The position numbers and the translations under genes were made by a program. From an uncultured Chloroflexia bacterium (GTDB taxonomy: Bacteria; Chloroflexota; Limnocylindria; Limnocylindrales; CSP1-4), in NCBI GenBank assembly GCA_963752475.1, contig CAVVYR010000008.1:512001-576000 (forward strand): a DNA stretch of 64,000 nucleotides, given 5' to 3'. Under the pieces are notes generated by a model, which had not been told where the DNA came from, made no database searches, and was given only the letters and a program-made list of their open reading frames with translations. Shown here in pieces: positions 29,668-43,271 of the stretch (positions are counted from its first letter, which is position 1; every line of letters starts with the position of its first letter).

Positions 29668-30549
29668 ATGAGCGAGGCACGAGTCGGCTTCTGTGGTCTG
29701 GGCACGATGGGCGCGGCGATGGCCGCCAACGTGGCCGGGGCCGGGTTCGGGCTGACCGTCTGGAACCGCACGCCGGGGAAGGCGGCCGACGCCGTCGCGG
29801 CCGGGGCCGTGGAGGCCCTGGGTCCGGCTGCCGTGGCCAGCGCCAGCGAGATCGTGGTCGTCTGTGTGTCGGACACGCCGGACGTGGAAGCCGTGCTCTT
29901 CGGCGAAGGCGGACTGGCCCACGGACTGGATGAGGGCGCGCTCGTCATCGACTGCTCGACCATCTCGCCCGCTGCCACCCGCGAGTTCGCCCAGCGAATG
30001 GCCGAACGAGGCGTGGGCTACGTCGACGCGCCGGTCTCGGGCGGCTCAGAGGGCGCGCAGAAGGCGACGCTCGCGATCATGGTCGGTGGTTCGGCGGAGG
30101 ACGTGGAGCGGGCTCGACCCGTGCTCGAGGCGATGGGCTCGACCATCACGCATATGGGTCCGGTCGGCGCGGGGCAGACGACCAAGGCGGTCAACCAGGT
30201 GATCCTTTCGGGTGTCTACCTGGGCGTGGCCGAGGGCATGGTCCTGGCCATGAAGTCCGGTCTCGATGCACGTCAGGTGGCAGAGGCGCTGACTGGCGGT
30301 GCTGCTGGCTCGTGGGTCCTGGCCAATCGCGCCGAACGCATGATCGATGACGACTATCCGCTCGGCTTTCGCATCGCCCTGCACCTCAAGGACCTGACCA
30401 TCGCGCTCGACCAGGCGCGCGAGGTGGGAGCGGCACTGCCGGTCTCGGCCCTGGCCGCCCAGATCGAGGCCGGGCTCGTGGCTCGCGGCCACGGCGACGA
30501 CGACAACTCGGCCCTGGCCCGGGCGGTCCGCGAGTGGAGCGGGATGTGA
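29668..30549 (+). CDS. NAD(P)-dependent oxidoreductase, beta-hydroxyacid dehydrogenase family
   Basis: GLGTMG, DAPVSGG, KAVNQ, F.IALHLKDL. Confidence 0.92.
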   Translation: MSEARVGFCGLGTMGAAMAANVAGAGFGLTVWNRTPGKAADAVAAGAVEALGPAAVASASEIVVVCVSDTPDVEAVLFGEGGLAHGLDEGALVIDCSTISPAATREFAQRMAERGVGYVDAPVSGGSEGAQKATLAIMVGGSAEDVERARPVLEAMGSTITHMGPVGAGQTTKAVNQVILSGVYLGVAEGMVLAMKSGLDARQVAEALTGGAAGSWVLANRAERMIDDDYPLGFRIALHLKDLTIALDQAREVGAALPVSALAAQIEAGLVARGHGDDDNSALARAVREWSGM

Positions 30550-31769
30550 GCGGCGCAACGGCGGAGCACGCCGACGTCGCCATCATCGGAGCCGGCATCG
30601 TAGGCCTGGCCACGGCCCTGCGGCTGCTCGAGCAGAAGCCGGACCTGCGGGTGGTGCTGCTGGAGAAGGAGGCCACAGTGGCCTCGCACCAGACGGGCCA
30701 CAACAGCGGCGTGCTGCACGCGGGGCTGTACTACCAACCGGGTTCGCTCAAGGCCCGCCTTTGCCGGGAGGGCAAGGCCGATCTGGAGGCCTACTGCGAA
30801 GCCCATGACGTGCCCATCGAGCGCACCGGCAAGCTGGTCGTGGCGCTCGACGAGTCCGAGCTCGGCCGCTTCGAGGCGCTCAAGGAGCGGGCCCTCGCCA
30901 ACGAGGTGCCGGGTCTGGAGGAGGTCGGGCCGGAGCGCATCCGCGAGCTCGAGCCACACGCGGTCGGGCTCAAGGCGTTGTGGAGCCCGGGTACGGGCAT
31001 CGTCGACTTCCTGGAGGTGTCGCGTGCGTTCGCGCGCGATGTCAGCGAGCGGGGTGCGGCCATCGAGACCCGCCGCGCCGTGGAGTCGATCGAACAGCGT
31101 GGCGATGAGATGGTCATCGGCACCTCACGCGGGGACCTGGTCGCGCGCCGGGTCGTCGCCTGTGCCGGTCTGCAGGCCGACCGCGTCGCGGCCATGACCG
31201 GCGACGACGTCGATCGGCCGCGCATCGTGCCCTTCCGTGGCGACTACTACACGCTCAAGCCGGAGGCGCAGCACCTCGTCAAGGGGCTCATCTATCCGGT
31301 GCCCGACCCGGCCTTCCCGTTTCTCGGAGTGCACCTCACCAAGCGCATCGACGGCAGCGTCCTGGCCGGGCCCAACGCCGTGCTGGCCACGGCCAGGGAG
31401 GGCTATGGCCGCTTCGACGTCTCCGCGCGCGACCTGCGCGACACCCTGACCGATCCGGGGTTCCGCAAGCTCGCGCGCAAGTTCTGGAAGATGGGCGCAC
31501 GGGAGATGTGGCGCGACTGGTACAAGGGTGCGTTCCTGGCCGACTTGCGCCGGTTCGTGCCGGCGCTCAGCGGAGACCACCTCGTCTTCGGGCCATCGGG
31601 CATCCGGGCCCAGGCGCTCAACGCCGACGGCTCGATGGTCGACGACTTCCAGCTGGGCGGCTCTGACCGCGTGCTGCATGTCTTCAACGCGCCCTCTCCC
31701 GCAGCCACCTCCTCGCTGGCCATCGGGCGAGTGCTGGCCGGAGAGGCTGTGGAGCGGTTCGATCTCTAG
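30546..31769 (+). CDS. lhgO: L-2-hydroxyglutarate oxidase
   Basis: GAGIVG, HQTGHNSGVLHAG, FPFLGVH, GIRAQA, NAPSPAATS. Confidence 0.92.
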   Translation: MSGATAEHADVAIIGAGIVGLATALRLLEQKPDLRVVLLEKEATVASHQTGHNSGVLHAGLYYQPGSLKARLCREGKADLEAYCEAHDVPIERTGKLVVALDESELGRFEALKERALANEVPGLEEVGPERIRELEPHAVGLKALWSPGTGIVDFLEVSRAFARDVSERGAAIETRRAVESIEQRGDEMVIGTSRGDLVARRVVACAGLQADRVAAMTGDDVDRPRIVPFRGDYYTLKPEAQHLVKGLIYPVPDPAFPFLGVHLTKRIDGSVLAGPNAVLATAREGYGRFDVSARDLRDTLTDPGFRKLARKFWKMGAREMWRDWYKGAFLADLRRFVPALSGDHLVFGPSGIRAQALNADGSMVDDFQLGGSDRVLHVFNAPSPAATSSLAIGRVLAGEAVERFDL

Positions 31770-31857
31770 GCCACTGCGCGGACCATTCGTACCGCTGTCG
31801 CCGGCCAGTCGAGCGTGTAGGCTACGAACGCCTGTCATCCATCGATGAGGTTGTGAC

Positions 31858-32757
31858 ATGACGTGGGAATCCCAGGGCCCCGCGCCGCAGGATCAGAACG
31901 CGGCCGGCTCCCAACAGCCACAGGAGCAAGTGCCTCCGCCCGGCTATCAGCCGCCGCAGGGGCAAGTGCCTCCCCCTGGCTATCAGCCGCCGCCTCCCTA
32001 TCCGGTGCCAGGTTCCGATCCCTGGGCCGGCCAGCAGCCGCCGCCCATGCCGCCTCCGGAGGCTCCGCCCGGCCAGCAGGGTGGCTGGGGTCCGCAGCAG
32101 CCGATGTGGCAGCCGCCCCCCGCCTACCCGCTCGCGCCGGACGCCTACCCGGTCAACGTCTCGTACGACCGCAGCGCGAATATCAACCGACTATGGGGCA
32201 TCCCGCTCATCGGTCAGTTCGTGCGCTTCATCCTGGCCATCCCGCACATCATCGTGATGTTCCTGCTGGCGATCATGGCCGGCCTGCAGTTCCTCGTCAG
32301 CTGGATCCCCGTGCTGCTCCTGGGCCGTTACCCAGGGTGGGGCTACCGTTGGACGGGCGGCCTGCTGGCCTACTCACAGCGCGTGGGTGCCTACGTGCTG
32401 CTGATGACGCCGGAGTATCCGCCCTTCGCGCTTGAGGCGGAGGCGTACCCCGTGACCGTGCGCTACGACGAGGGCGTGCGCATCAACCGGCTCTGGGGCA
32501 TCCCGATCCTCGGGTACGTCGTTCGTGCGATCGTCCTCATCCCGCACTTCATCCTGATCTGGCTCCTGTCCATCCTGGCCTGGTTCCTGATGTTGGTGGT
32601 GTGGGTGCCGGTGCTGATCCTGGGACGACAGGCTGACATCATCTACACCATCATCGGTGGCTTCTATCGCTGGCAGTTGCGCGTGAACGCCTACTTCCTG
32701 CTGATGGTCGACAAGTACCCACCCTTCTCACTCGGAGAGGACGACCCACGACTGTGA
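31858..32757 (+). CDS. DUF4389 membrane protein with Pro/Gln-rich N-terminus
   Basis: Two internal repeats INRLWGIP..IPH..RV.AY..LM...YPPF. Confidence 0.85.
   Translation: MTWESQGPAPQDQNAAGSQQPQEQVPPPGYQPPQGQVPPPGYQPPPPYPVPGSDPWAGQQPPPMPPPEAPPGQQGGWGPQQPMWQPPPAYPLAPDAYPVNVSYDRSANINRLWGIPLIGQFVRFILAIPHIIVMFLLAIMAGLQFLVSWIPVLLLGRYPGWGYRWTGGLLAYSQRVGAYVLLMTPEYPPFALEAEAYPVTVRYDEGVRINRLWGIPILGYVVRAIVLIPHFILIWLLSILAWFLMLVVWVPVLILGRQADIIYTIIGGFYRWQLRVNAYFLLMVDKYPPFSLGEDDPRL
31921..31992 (+). repeat. 36-bp in-frame tandem duplication (Q(E/G)QVPPPGYQPP x2)
   Basis: caggagcaagtgcctccgcccggctatcagccgccg followed by a near-identical copy. Confidence 0.85.
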
Positions 32758-33305
32758 CCGACCCCAACAACGACAACGACAACGCGACGACCGACGGCGA
32801 GGCGACTGATTCCGCCACGCCCGATCAGCTCGAGGGTGCGCTCGAAGCGGCCGAATCCGCGCTGACCCGCGGCCCGGAGGTCGACTACCTGCTGGTGGCC
32901 GACCGAGCCGAGGTCGTCAACGGCAAGCTCTACCTCATGGGTGGCAGCTGGGACCGCATCCAGCCGCAGCAGTTTCCGCATCGGATGATGCTGGGCATCG
33001 CTCTCGGCGTGCGCATCCCCTTCGCCTACACCGACGACCAGCACACGGTGGCCATCGAGCTGCTCCATGGCGAGACGCGCATGATCGGCTTCGAGGCCAA
33101 GCTGGCCACTGGACGACCGCCCGGCATGTCGGGCATGGACATGCTCGTGCCCATGGCCTTCAACATCCCCATCGCCATCCCTGACGAGGGTCAGGTCGCG
33201 CTCAAGGCCGTCATCGACGGTCAACACGGGCGTCGCCACGACATCAAGGTCATCAAGCGCCCCCAGCAGCAGGGCCAGCAGAACCCGCCCATCCAGCGGT
33301 CGTAA
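32754..33305 (+). CDS. DUF6941-like hypothetical protein
   Basis: LLVADRAEVVNGKLYLMGGSWD motif. Confidence 0.75.
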   Translation: MTDPNNDNDNATTDGEATDSATPDQLEGALEAAESALTRGPEVDYLLVADRAEVVNGKLYLMGGSWDRIQPQQFPHRMMLGIALGVRIPFAYTDDQHTVAIELLHGETRMIGFEAKLATGRPPGMSGMDMLVPMAFNIPIAIPDEGQVALKAVIDGQHGRRHDIKVIKRPQQQGQQNPPIQRS

Positions 33306-33665
33306 CTCCGGCGGGCCTGGAGTCGCGCGGCTCGACATCGCGAGGGCCTGACTCGGTGGGCTGTTGTTCGCCGTGCGGCCGTGCCCCGGCTCCACGCCCA
33401 GGCCACCTCCTGTTCATCTCTGGCCACCTTCTGGTCGTATGTGCCCGTACGTGGCCTTGGCCAGGTGGCCTCGAGGTCTCGGAGCTCGGAATCGCATCGC
33501 TATGCGGGATTGCTGCAGAGAACACCCGATATGCATTCTTCGGTGCATCACGATGCACCATGGCTCGGTCCGGTGTTGAGGGCATCCGGCTAGTGGTCCC
33601 CACGGGTACATCTGACCAGAAACTGGGTGCCACGACCGTCATCGGCAGCCGCCCTGGCCCCATCG

Positions 33666-33720
33666 TTGACGCTCGGGCGCGGCAGGACTAGACTTAATCC
33701 TGACGAAATCAGTCGGAATT
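33666..33720 (+). promoter_or_regulatory. Sigma70 promoter and IscR/Rrf2-type operator of the sulfur operon
   Basis: TTGACG-N17-TAGACT followed by AATCCTGACGAAATCAGTCGGAATT pseudo-palindrome. Confidence 0.75.
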
Positions 33721-33786
33721 GCCGGGCGCATCCGCCCCGCGGCACCCCCAGTCCGCCCGGCTCCCCGGAGATCAGCAAGACCACCT

Positions 33787-34313
33787 GTGAGCACCACCGT
33801 CCCGACCTCGGGATCCCTTCACTTCTCCACGCGTGGGGAGTACGGCGTGCGTCTCATGGTGGAGCTCGCCCGTCACTACGGCAGCGGCCCCGTCAGCCTC
33901 AGCGAGATGGCTGACCACGAGCAGCTGCCGCGTCCGTATCTCGAGCAGCTCGTGGTGAGCCTCCGCGAGGGCGGCCTCGTCACCAGCACGCGTGGCGCTC
34001 GTGGCGGCTACGAGCTGTCGCGAGCTCCTGCCGACATCCGCATGTACGAGGTCCTGACCGCGCTGGAGGGGCCTGTCACACCGATGATCTGCGCCAGCGC
34101 CGATCCCGAACACGCGGAGACCTGCGGCCGCTCCGGCTGCTGCAACGTGGAGCAGCTTTGGCAGCGCGTCCGTGACGCCATCGTCGAAGCTCTCGACTCC
34201 ATGACGCTCGAAGAACTCGCCGAGCCCGTGCCCGGCAACCCAGCCCATCCTGAACCAGCCCTCGTGGCCGTCAAGCCACTCAGCCATCGGACCAAGGAGC
34301 CAGTCGCCCAGCC

Positions 34314-34317
<4 letters not shown>
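33787..34317 (+). CDS. Rrf2-family (IscR-like) transcriptional regulator
   Basis: STRGEYG, YLEQL, STRGARGGYEL, Cys cluster C..C..CC. Confidence 0.93.
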
Positions 34318-35228
<911 letters not shown>

Positions 35229-35271
35229 CCGCCACCGGCTCAGGCCGGCCGGTGACGCCCGCGCGACACCC

Positions 35272-36543
<1,272 letters not shown>

Positions 36544-36577
36544 TAACAGCCCCGTATCGAGTACCCTGCACGAGCCC

Positions 36578-36988
36578 ATGGACGACCTTTACCGCGACGA
36601 GATCCTTGAGCACTACCGCGAGCCGCACAACTTCGGCACGCTCGACGCGCCTGACGCCAGCTACGAGGGGCACAACCCCCTCTGTGGTGACCGCATCACG
36701 ATGATGCTCATCGTCGATGACGCGGGTGCTGTCTCCGATGTCGCCTTCAGCGGCCGAGGCTGCGCCATAAGCCAGGCCAGCGCGAGCCTGCTGACCGACG
36801 AGATCAAGGGTCGTCCCGTGGCTGAGATCGAGGCCATGACCAATCAGGACATCCTCGAACTGCTGGGAATCGAGATCAGCCCCGCCCGCCTCAAGTGCGC
36901 TCTGCTCTCGCTATCCACGCTGCAGAACGCGCTCCAGGAGCGCGAAGGCAGGGAGGCCACTCCCGAGGCTCCGGAGGTCAACCCATGA
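36578..36988 (+). CDS. sufU: SufU/IscU-type scaffold / sulfur transfer protein
   Basis: NPLCGD, GCAISQAS, RLKCALL. Confidence 0.93.
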   Translation: MDDLYRDEILEHYREPHNFGTLDAPDASYEGHNPLCGDRITMMLIVDDAGAVSDVAFSGRGCAISQASASLLTDEIKGRPVAEIEAMTNQDILELLGIEISPARLKCALLSLSTLQNALQEREGREATPEAPEVNP

Positions 36989-37123
36989 CCTCGGGCGTCA
37001 TCGGCGCGATGTCAAGGGGGACTTGCGAGTGTCATCGGCCGGCTACCGTCGCCGGCCCCTGACCACCGACCGACCGAATCCCCTTCGACCGCCCGAGTCG
37101 ATCCACCACGGAGCCACACCCCG

Positions 37124-38311
37124 ATGACCAAGACCTACCGAGACCTCCTCGCCGAGGCGCGAGAGACGGTCCGAGAGGTGTCCACGGCCGAAGCCGAAGC
37201 TGCTGCCGCCGAGGGCGCCACCATCCTCGACTGCCGCGAGGACAGCGAGTGGGAGCAGGGCCATGTCACCGGCGCCACGCACCTCTCGAAGTCCTACATC
37301 GAGCAGGACATCGAAGGACTCGTCCCGAACCGCGCGGCGCCCATCGTCGTCTACTGCGCTGGCGGCATCCGTTCGCTCTTCACGGCCCAGACGCTCGCGG
37401 AGATGGGCTACACCAACGCGACCTCGATGACCGGAGGCTTCCAGGCCTGGAAGTCGGAGGGTCGCTCCTGGGAGCAGCCTCGCGTCCTGACCCAGGAGCA
37501 GAAGTCGCGCTACTCGCGCCACCTGCTGATCCCCGAGGTCGGCGCCGAGGGCCAGGCTCAGCTGCTCGACTCGAAGGTGCTCTTCATCGGCGCCGGCGGG
37601 CTCGGCTCCCCGGCGATGCTGTACATGGCCGCAGCGGGCGTGGGCACCATCGGCATCGTCGACTTCGACGTCGTCGACGCCTCCAACCTGCAGCGCCAGG
37701 TCATCCACCGCACCGACCGCGTCGGCATGCGCAAGGTGGAGTCCGCCGAGATGACCATCACCGACCTCAACCCCGACGTGAAGGTCGTGGCCCACGAGGT
37801 CATGCTCGGTCCGGACAACGTCGAGGAGCTCATCGCCGGCTACGACCTCATCTTCGACGGCACCGACACCTTCGAGACCCGCTACGTGCTCAACGACGCC
37901 GCGGTCAAGGCCGAGATCCCAGTGGTCCACGCGAGCGTCTTCCGCTTCGAGGGCCAGCTGACGGTCTTCAAGCCCTTCGAAGGGCCCTGCTACCGCTGCC
38001 TCTACCCCACGCCCCCACCGCCTGAGCTGGCACCTGGCTGCTCCGTAGCCGGCGTCCTCGGCGTCGTGCCCGGCGTGATGGGCCTGCTCCAGGCCACCGA
38101 GGGCCTCAAGGTCCTGCTCGACATCGGCGACTCGCTCGCGGGCCGCCTGCTCATCTACGACGCGCTCGATGGAGCCTTCAGCGAGCTTCGACTCCAGCGC
38201 GACCCGAAGTGCCCGGCGTGCGGCGAGGGCGAGCAGCCCCAGCCAGCCGCTGACGATGGCGTCTTCGCTCTGCCCACCACACCAGCTGCCACGACGGGGG
38301 TGAACGCATGA
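37124..38311 (+). CDS. moeB: Rhodanese-MoeB fusion (MoeZ-like sulfur-carrier adenylyl/sulfurtransferase)
   Basis: YCAGGIRS rhodanese loop, RYSRH, GAGGLG, SNLQRQ, CYRC, CPAC. Confidence 0.93.
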   Translation: MTKTYRDLLAEARETVREVSTAEAEAAAAEGATILDCREDSEWEQGHVTGATHLSKSYIEQDIEGLVPNRAAPIVVYCAGGIRSLFTAQTLAEMGYTNATSMTGGFQAWKSEGRSWEQPRVLTQEQKSRYSRHLLIPEVGAEGQAQLLDSKVLFIGAGGLGSPAMLYMAAAGVGTIGIVDFDVVDASNLQRQVIHRTDRVGMRKVESAEMTITDLNPDVKVVAHEVMLGPDNVEELIAGYDLIFDGTDTFETRYVLNDAAVKAEIPVVHASVFRFEGQLTVFKPFEGPCYRCLYPTPPPPELAPGCSVAGVLGVVPGVMGLLQATEGLKVLLDIGDSLAGRLLIYDALDGAFSELRLQRDPKCPACGEGEQPQPAADDGVFALPTTPAATTGVNA

Positions 38312-38583
38312 CCGTGGTCCGCATCCCGCCGGTACTGCGCGCGCAGGCCGGCAACAACAAGAAGGTGGACGTCACCGGCGCCACGGTCGGTGCCGCCCTC
38401 GAGTCGCTGCTCGAGCAGTACCCGGGCTTGCGCGAGCAGGTCTTCACCGATGACGGCGCGCTCAACCGCTTCGTCAACGTCTACGTCAACGGGCGTGACG
38501 TGCGCTACGAGCAGGAGCTCGAGACGCCGGTGGGGGAGAGCGACGAGGTCATCCTCCTGCCCGCCATGGCCGGGGGCTGCTAG
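38308..38583 (+). CDS. cysO: Ubiquitin-like sulfur carrier (CysO/MoaD family)
   Basis: FVNVYVNG.DVR, LLPAMAGG-C; adjacent to cysM and mec. Confidence 0.88.
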   Translation: MTVVRIPPVLRAQAGNNKKVDVTGATVGAALESLLEQYPGLREQVFTDDGALNRFVNVYVNGRDVRYEQELETPVGESDEVILLPAMAGGC

Positions 38584-38596
38584 CGAGGTCCTCGTC

Positions 38597-39606
<1,010 letters not shown>

Positions 39607-39613
<7 letters not shown>

Positions 39614-40206
39614 ACGACGAACGACCCCGCGCTCCCGAGGTGCTCTCCGCGACCGACGAACCGGCCGTGGCCGGTGAGGGTGAGGTCGTGCCCGAGGTCG
39701 GAGCTTGGCAACGTGCGGCCGATAGCGGTGCCGCGGCCAGCGAGCGCGCTGCCGAGGCGGGCCCTCGTGGCGCCGGACCGCCCTGGGTGCCCGCCTCCGC
39801 TCGTATCCCCGCCGGTATCCGCCACGAGGTGGTCGAATGGCTGCGCTCGGCCGCGCCCAACGAGGGCTGTGGCGTGCTCGTGGCCCCGACGGTGGCCGAG
39901 GATGGCGGCGTACCCACGCGCTTCGTGGGCATGCGCAACGTGGCCGAGTCGCCCTACCGCTACCTCATGGACCCCATGGAGCAGCTGGAGCTGCTCGAGG
40001 AGATCGACGAGAACGACGAGGTCGTGTGGGCCATCGTCCACTCGCACGTGGAGTCGCCGCCGTACCCGTCGCCCACCGACATCGGTCTGGCGGCCTTCCC
40101 TGAGGCGATCTACCTGCTGGCGTCGTTCGCGGTCGAGCCACCCGAGCTGCGCGCCTGGACCATCGTCGACGGTGCTGTCAACGAGGTCGTGCTGGAGCGC
40201 ACGTAG
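39607..40206 (+). CDS. mec: JAMM/M67 metallopeptidase (Mec-like)
   Basis: PNEGCG and HSHxxSPPYPSPTD; start may lie further downstream. Confidence 0.9.
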
Positions 40207-40281
40207 CCGATCCCCATCTCGCGGTGCAACGCAACCGGGAGCGTCGTACACTCGCGGCCCAGTCAAGGAGGAGAGCGGGAA

Positions 40282-40773
40282 ATGAGTCAACTATTGGTCA
40301 TCACCTTCGAGGCCCGCGAAACCGCTGATCAGGCCGCCGAGCGCCTCAAGGGCGTCCAGAAGGCGCACGCCGCGAGCATCGCTGACATGGCCGTGGTGGA
40401 GAAGGATGAGAACGGCAAGGTCCACGTCAAGCACGGTGTGGACACCACGACCGCGGGCGGCGCCTGGGTCGGCGGCGCCCTGGGCCTGCTCCTGGGTCTC
40501 GTCTTCTTCCCCGTCGCCGGTCTGGCCATCGGTGCCGTCGCCGGCGCTGCCATCGGACGGTCCCTGCACCAGAACGTGGACAAGAAGCTGGTGCAGGACG
40601 TGACCGAGGATCTGACCGAGAACACCTCGGCCCTATTCGTCGTCGGTGAGGGTCAGGCATCCGCCGTCATCAACGCGCTCGGCCCGTACAAGGGCAAGGT
40701 CTACCAGACCACCCTCGACGCCGAGGCCGAGGCCCAGATCCAGGCCGCTCTGGACGTCGAGCGCAAGGACTAG
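40282..40773 (+). CDS. DUF1269 membrane protein
   Basis: AVVEKDENGKV, Gly-rich TM pair, TSALFV, YQTTL; AAGGAGG RBS. Confidence 0.88.
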   Translation: MSQLLVITFEARETADQAAERLKGVQKAHAASIADMAVVEKDENGKVHVKHGVDTTTAGGAWVGGALGLLLGLVFFPVAGLAIGAVAGAAIGRSLHQNVDKKLVQDVTEDLTENTSALFVVGEGQASAVINALGPYKGKVYQTTLDAEAEAQIQAALDVERKD

Positions 40774-43133
40774 TCCTTCGCCTCCAGCGTGATCAGCTGG
40801 ACGGGTCCGCGTTGGCTGTTGCGCCCGTTGAGGGCGAGGAAGTCGGCCCGTCCGTCGCTGTCGTAGTCGAGGGCGATGACGTCGTCCTCGCTACCACCTC
40901 GCACCTCCGGCACGTCGATCGTGCTGAAGTCGCTGCCATCACCGGCGTTGCGCAGGATGATGTCGTGCGCGCCACCGTCCGACTTGCCCTGCAGCACGTA
41001 GAGGTCGGTGTCGCCGTCACCGTCGGCGTCACCGGCGGCCAGGGCCGTGCCCTCGGACACGCCACGATCCCAGGTGCGCTCGAAGCGGCCATCCTGCGCC
41101 AGCGACACCACGACCCGGTCCGGTGAGAGCTGCACGAGGTCGAGCTCACCGTCGCCGTCGAGGTCGGCCAGCAGCGCATCGCGCTCGTCGATGGATCCGA
41201 TGCCGGTCTCGGTCGTGACATCGGTGAAGGCCAGTCCCTCCTCGTTGCGGTAGAGGCGGATGCCCGCCTTTGGTCCAACGGCGCGCTTGTCCCAGTAGAC
41301 CAACAGCATGTCATCGCGCCCGTCGCCGTCGTAGTCGGCGATGTGGATGCCCTCGGCGGCCAGGCCGGTGTCGATGCCCGGGACCTGCGCTGCCTCGAAG
41401 TCGGCTGGACCCACGGCCAGGAATGCGCGATTGGTCGAGGGCTGGCCGTCCATGCGCTTGGTCTCCTGGCCGATGAAGAGGTCGAGATCGCCGTCCTCGT
41501 CGATGTCGAAGAAGCGCGGCTGCCGACCACGACCCAGGGGCTCGGTCGCGCCACCCGCCGTGGGGTGGAGCCGAGGAGTGTCGCCACCGGGGTCGAGCCA
41601 CAACTGGTTGTGCTTGGTGCCCGTGCCGCGTGAGGCCCCGAAGGCACAGTAGAGATCGGGCAGGCCGCTGGCATCGATGTCGGCGGCGGCACAGGCGTGG
41701 CGATCTCCGCCACCGAACTTCAGCTCCGAGTCGACATAGTTGCCGCCGTCGTTGCGGTAGAGGCGCCCGCGGGCACCATGCCGACCGAGGAACACATCCG
41801 CGTCGCCATCCCCATCGAAGTCGGCCGCCGTCGCGCCCCATGACTGGCTCTCCGTCGGCAGGCCGGCCTCCCCGGCGACGTCGACTGCCACGACGCGGCC
41901 TGGCAGCGGACCTTCGGGCTCGGCCGTGACCGGCGCCGGCGGCGATACGGAGTCCGAGGTCAGCACGGGGCTGGATGCCGGTCTCTGCTCGGCGTCACAG
42001 ATCCGGGCGACGATGCCTTCATCGGCCCGGCCCACGACCCAACCGTCGACGCCCGGGTCGCCGCTGATATCGGTGACCGTGCCCATTCCCCAGCCGCGGC
42101 GTGCGTCGGTGACCCGCCAGCGCTCGTCCACGTATCGCGCCACCAGCGGGGCATAGCGTCCCTTCTCCGCGTCCCAGCGCGTGCCGCCCACCGTGAGCAC
42201 GCCCTCGACGAGTGACACGCTCGTGAGCAGTGCGGGCTCGGCGCCGAGGTCAGGTGGCTCGAACTCCGACCAGATGACGCCACCCCAGCGCATGATCAGC
42301 GGCCTGATCGTGCCGCCTTCGAGTCGATGTCCTACGGCCCAGCCGACGTCGGACGTGGGCACGTCGATGTCGGCGATGGCAGCGTCCGGAGCGCCATCGA
42401 TCACGAAGCGGTCCCAGCCGGTGCCCTCTCGGACAGCGATGTAGGGATCCATGCTTGCATCCGAGAGTGCGGCGCCCACGACCCAGACCCCGCCCTCATC
42501 GCTGACAGAGATGCCGGCCAGGGTCGCGCGTTCGCCGTCCTCGAGCGGCAGGCGATGGCCGGTCCGGCCGTCTTCACCCAGCTGGACTACCCAGGGTCGT
42601 TGGTCGCCGGGCGCGCCCTGCAGGAAGCCGGAGGCCCAGGCGCCAGCCTGCGGCGAGGCGTCGACGTCGGTGAGGGCGGCGTTGAAGCCATCCGGCCGGA
42701 TGGTCTCCGTGCGGCCCCAACCCCCATCGTCACGGCGCGTCACGTATGCCGCCACGAAGTCCGTCTCGCGGCCGAAGCCGACGGCCCAGATAGGCTCGCC
42801 CGGACCGGTCGAGGCGATGGCCATGAGCCCTGAGTCGCGCGTGTCAGGCAGCGGTGGTTGCTCCAACTCCGCACGCTCTCCGAGGCCGTGAAGCACCGCC
42901 GCTGCGCGTCGCCCGCCGCCGAGCAGCGCGCCACCGGCGATCCAGGGCTTGTCAGGGTCGAAGGCAAGGACCCCTTCCGGTGCGATGTCCGCCCGCAGCT
43001 CCACGTCGGCCCAGCCGCGGTCGCACACGACGTCCTCGTCGGCGACGACCGGACCGGCCGCGATCGGGAAGGTCAGCACCAGGCCGAGCGCCATGGAGAG
43101 GGCTGGGAACCGGCGGCGGATCGTCGATGTCAT
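40770..43133 (-). CDS. Secreted beta-propeller protein with FG-GAP/VCBS (CRTAC1-like) repeats
   Basis: Signal peptide; WAVG-type repeats in the N half; repeated DFDGDGDxD/LYRN motifs in the C half. Confidence 0.85.
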   Translation of the reverse strand: MTSTIRRRFPALSMALGLVLTFPIAAGPVVADEDVVCDRGWADVELRADIAPEGVLAFDPDKPWIAGGALLGGGRRAAAVLHGLGERAELEQPPLPDTRDSGLMAIASTGPGEPIWAVGFGRETDFVAAYVTRRDDGGWGRTETIRPDGFNAALTDVDASPQAGAWASGFLQGAPGDQRPWVVQLGEDGRTGHRLPLEDGERATLAGISVSDEGGVWVVGAALSDASMDPYIAVREGTGWDRFVIDGAPDAAIADIDVPTSDVGWAVGHRLEGGTIRPLIMRWGGVIWSEFEPPDLGAEPALLTSVSLVEGVLTVGGTRWDAEKGRYAPLVARYVDERWRVTDARRGWGMGTVTDISGDPGVDGWVVGRADEGIVARICDAEQRPASSPVLTSDSVSPPAPVTAEPEGPLPGRVVAVDVAGEAGLPTESQSWGATAADFDGDGDADVFLGRHGARGRLYRNDGGNYVDSELKFGGGDRHACAAADIDASGLPDLYCAFGASRGTGTKHNQLWLDPGGDTPRLHPTAGGATEPLGRGRQPRFFDIDEDGDLDLFIGQETKRMDGQPSTNRAFLAVGPADFEAAQVPGIDTGLAAEGIHIADYDGDGRDDMLLVYWDKRAVGPKAGIRLYRNEEGLAFTDVTTETGIGSIDERDALLADLDGDGELDLVQLSPDRVVVSLAQDGRFERTWDRGVSEGTALAAGDADGDGDTDLYVLQGKSDGGAHDIILRNAGDGSDFSTIDVPEVRGGSEDDVIALDYDSDGRADFLALNGRNSQRGPVQLITLEAKD

Positions 43134-43271
43134 GGTGGTGACATCACTATCGCACGGGTGCTCGGCGCCTCGTCGGTGCCATGTCCTCGCAACCAGTCGC
43201 CTCAGCGGCTCTGGGAGGGGAGGACTCCGAAGGACGCGCGCTCCGGGTCGGCTCGATCCGCTCGGGCTCGG

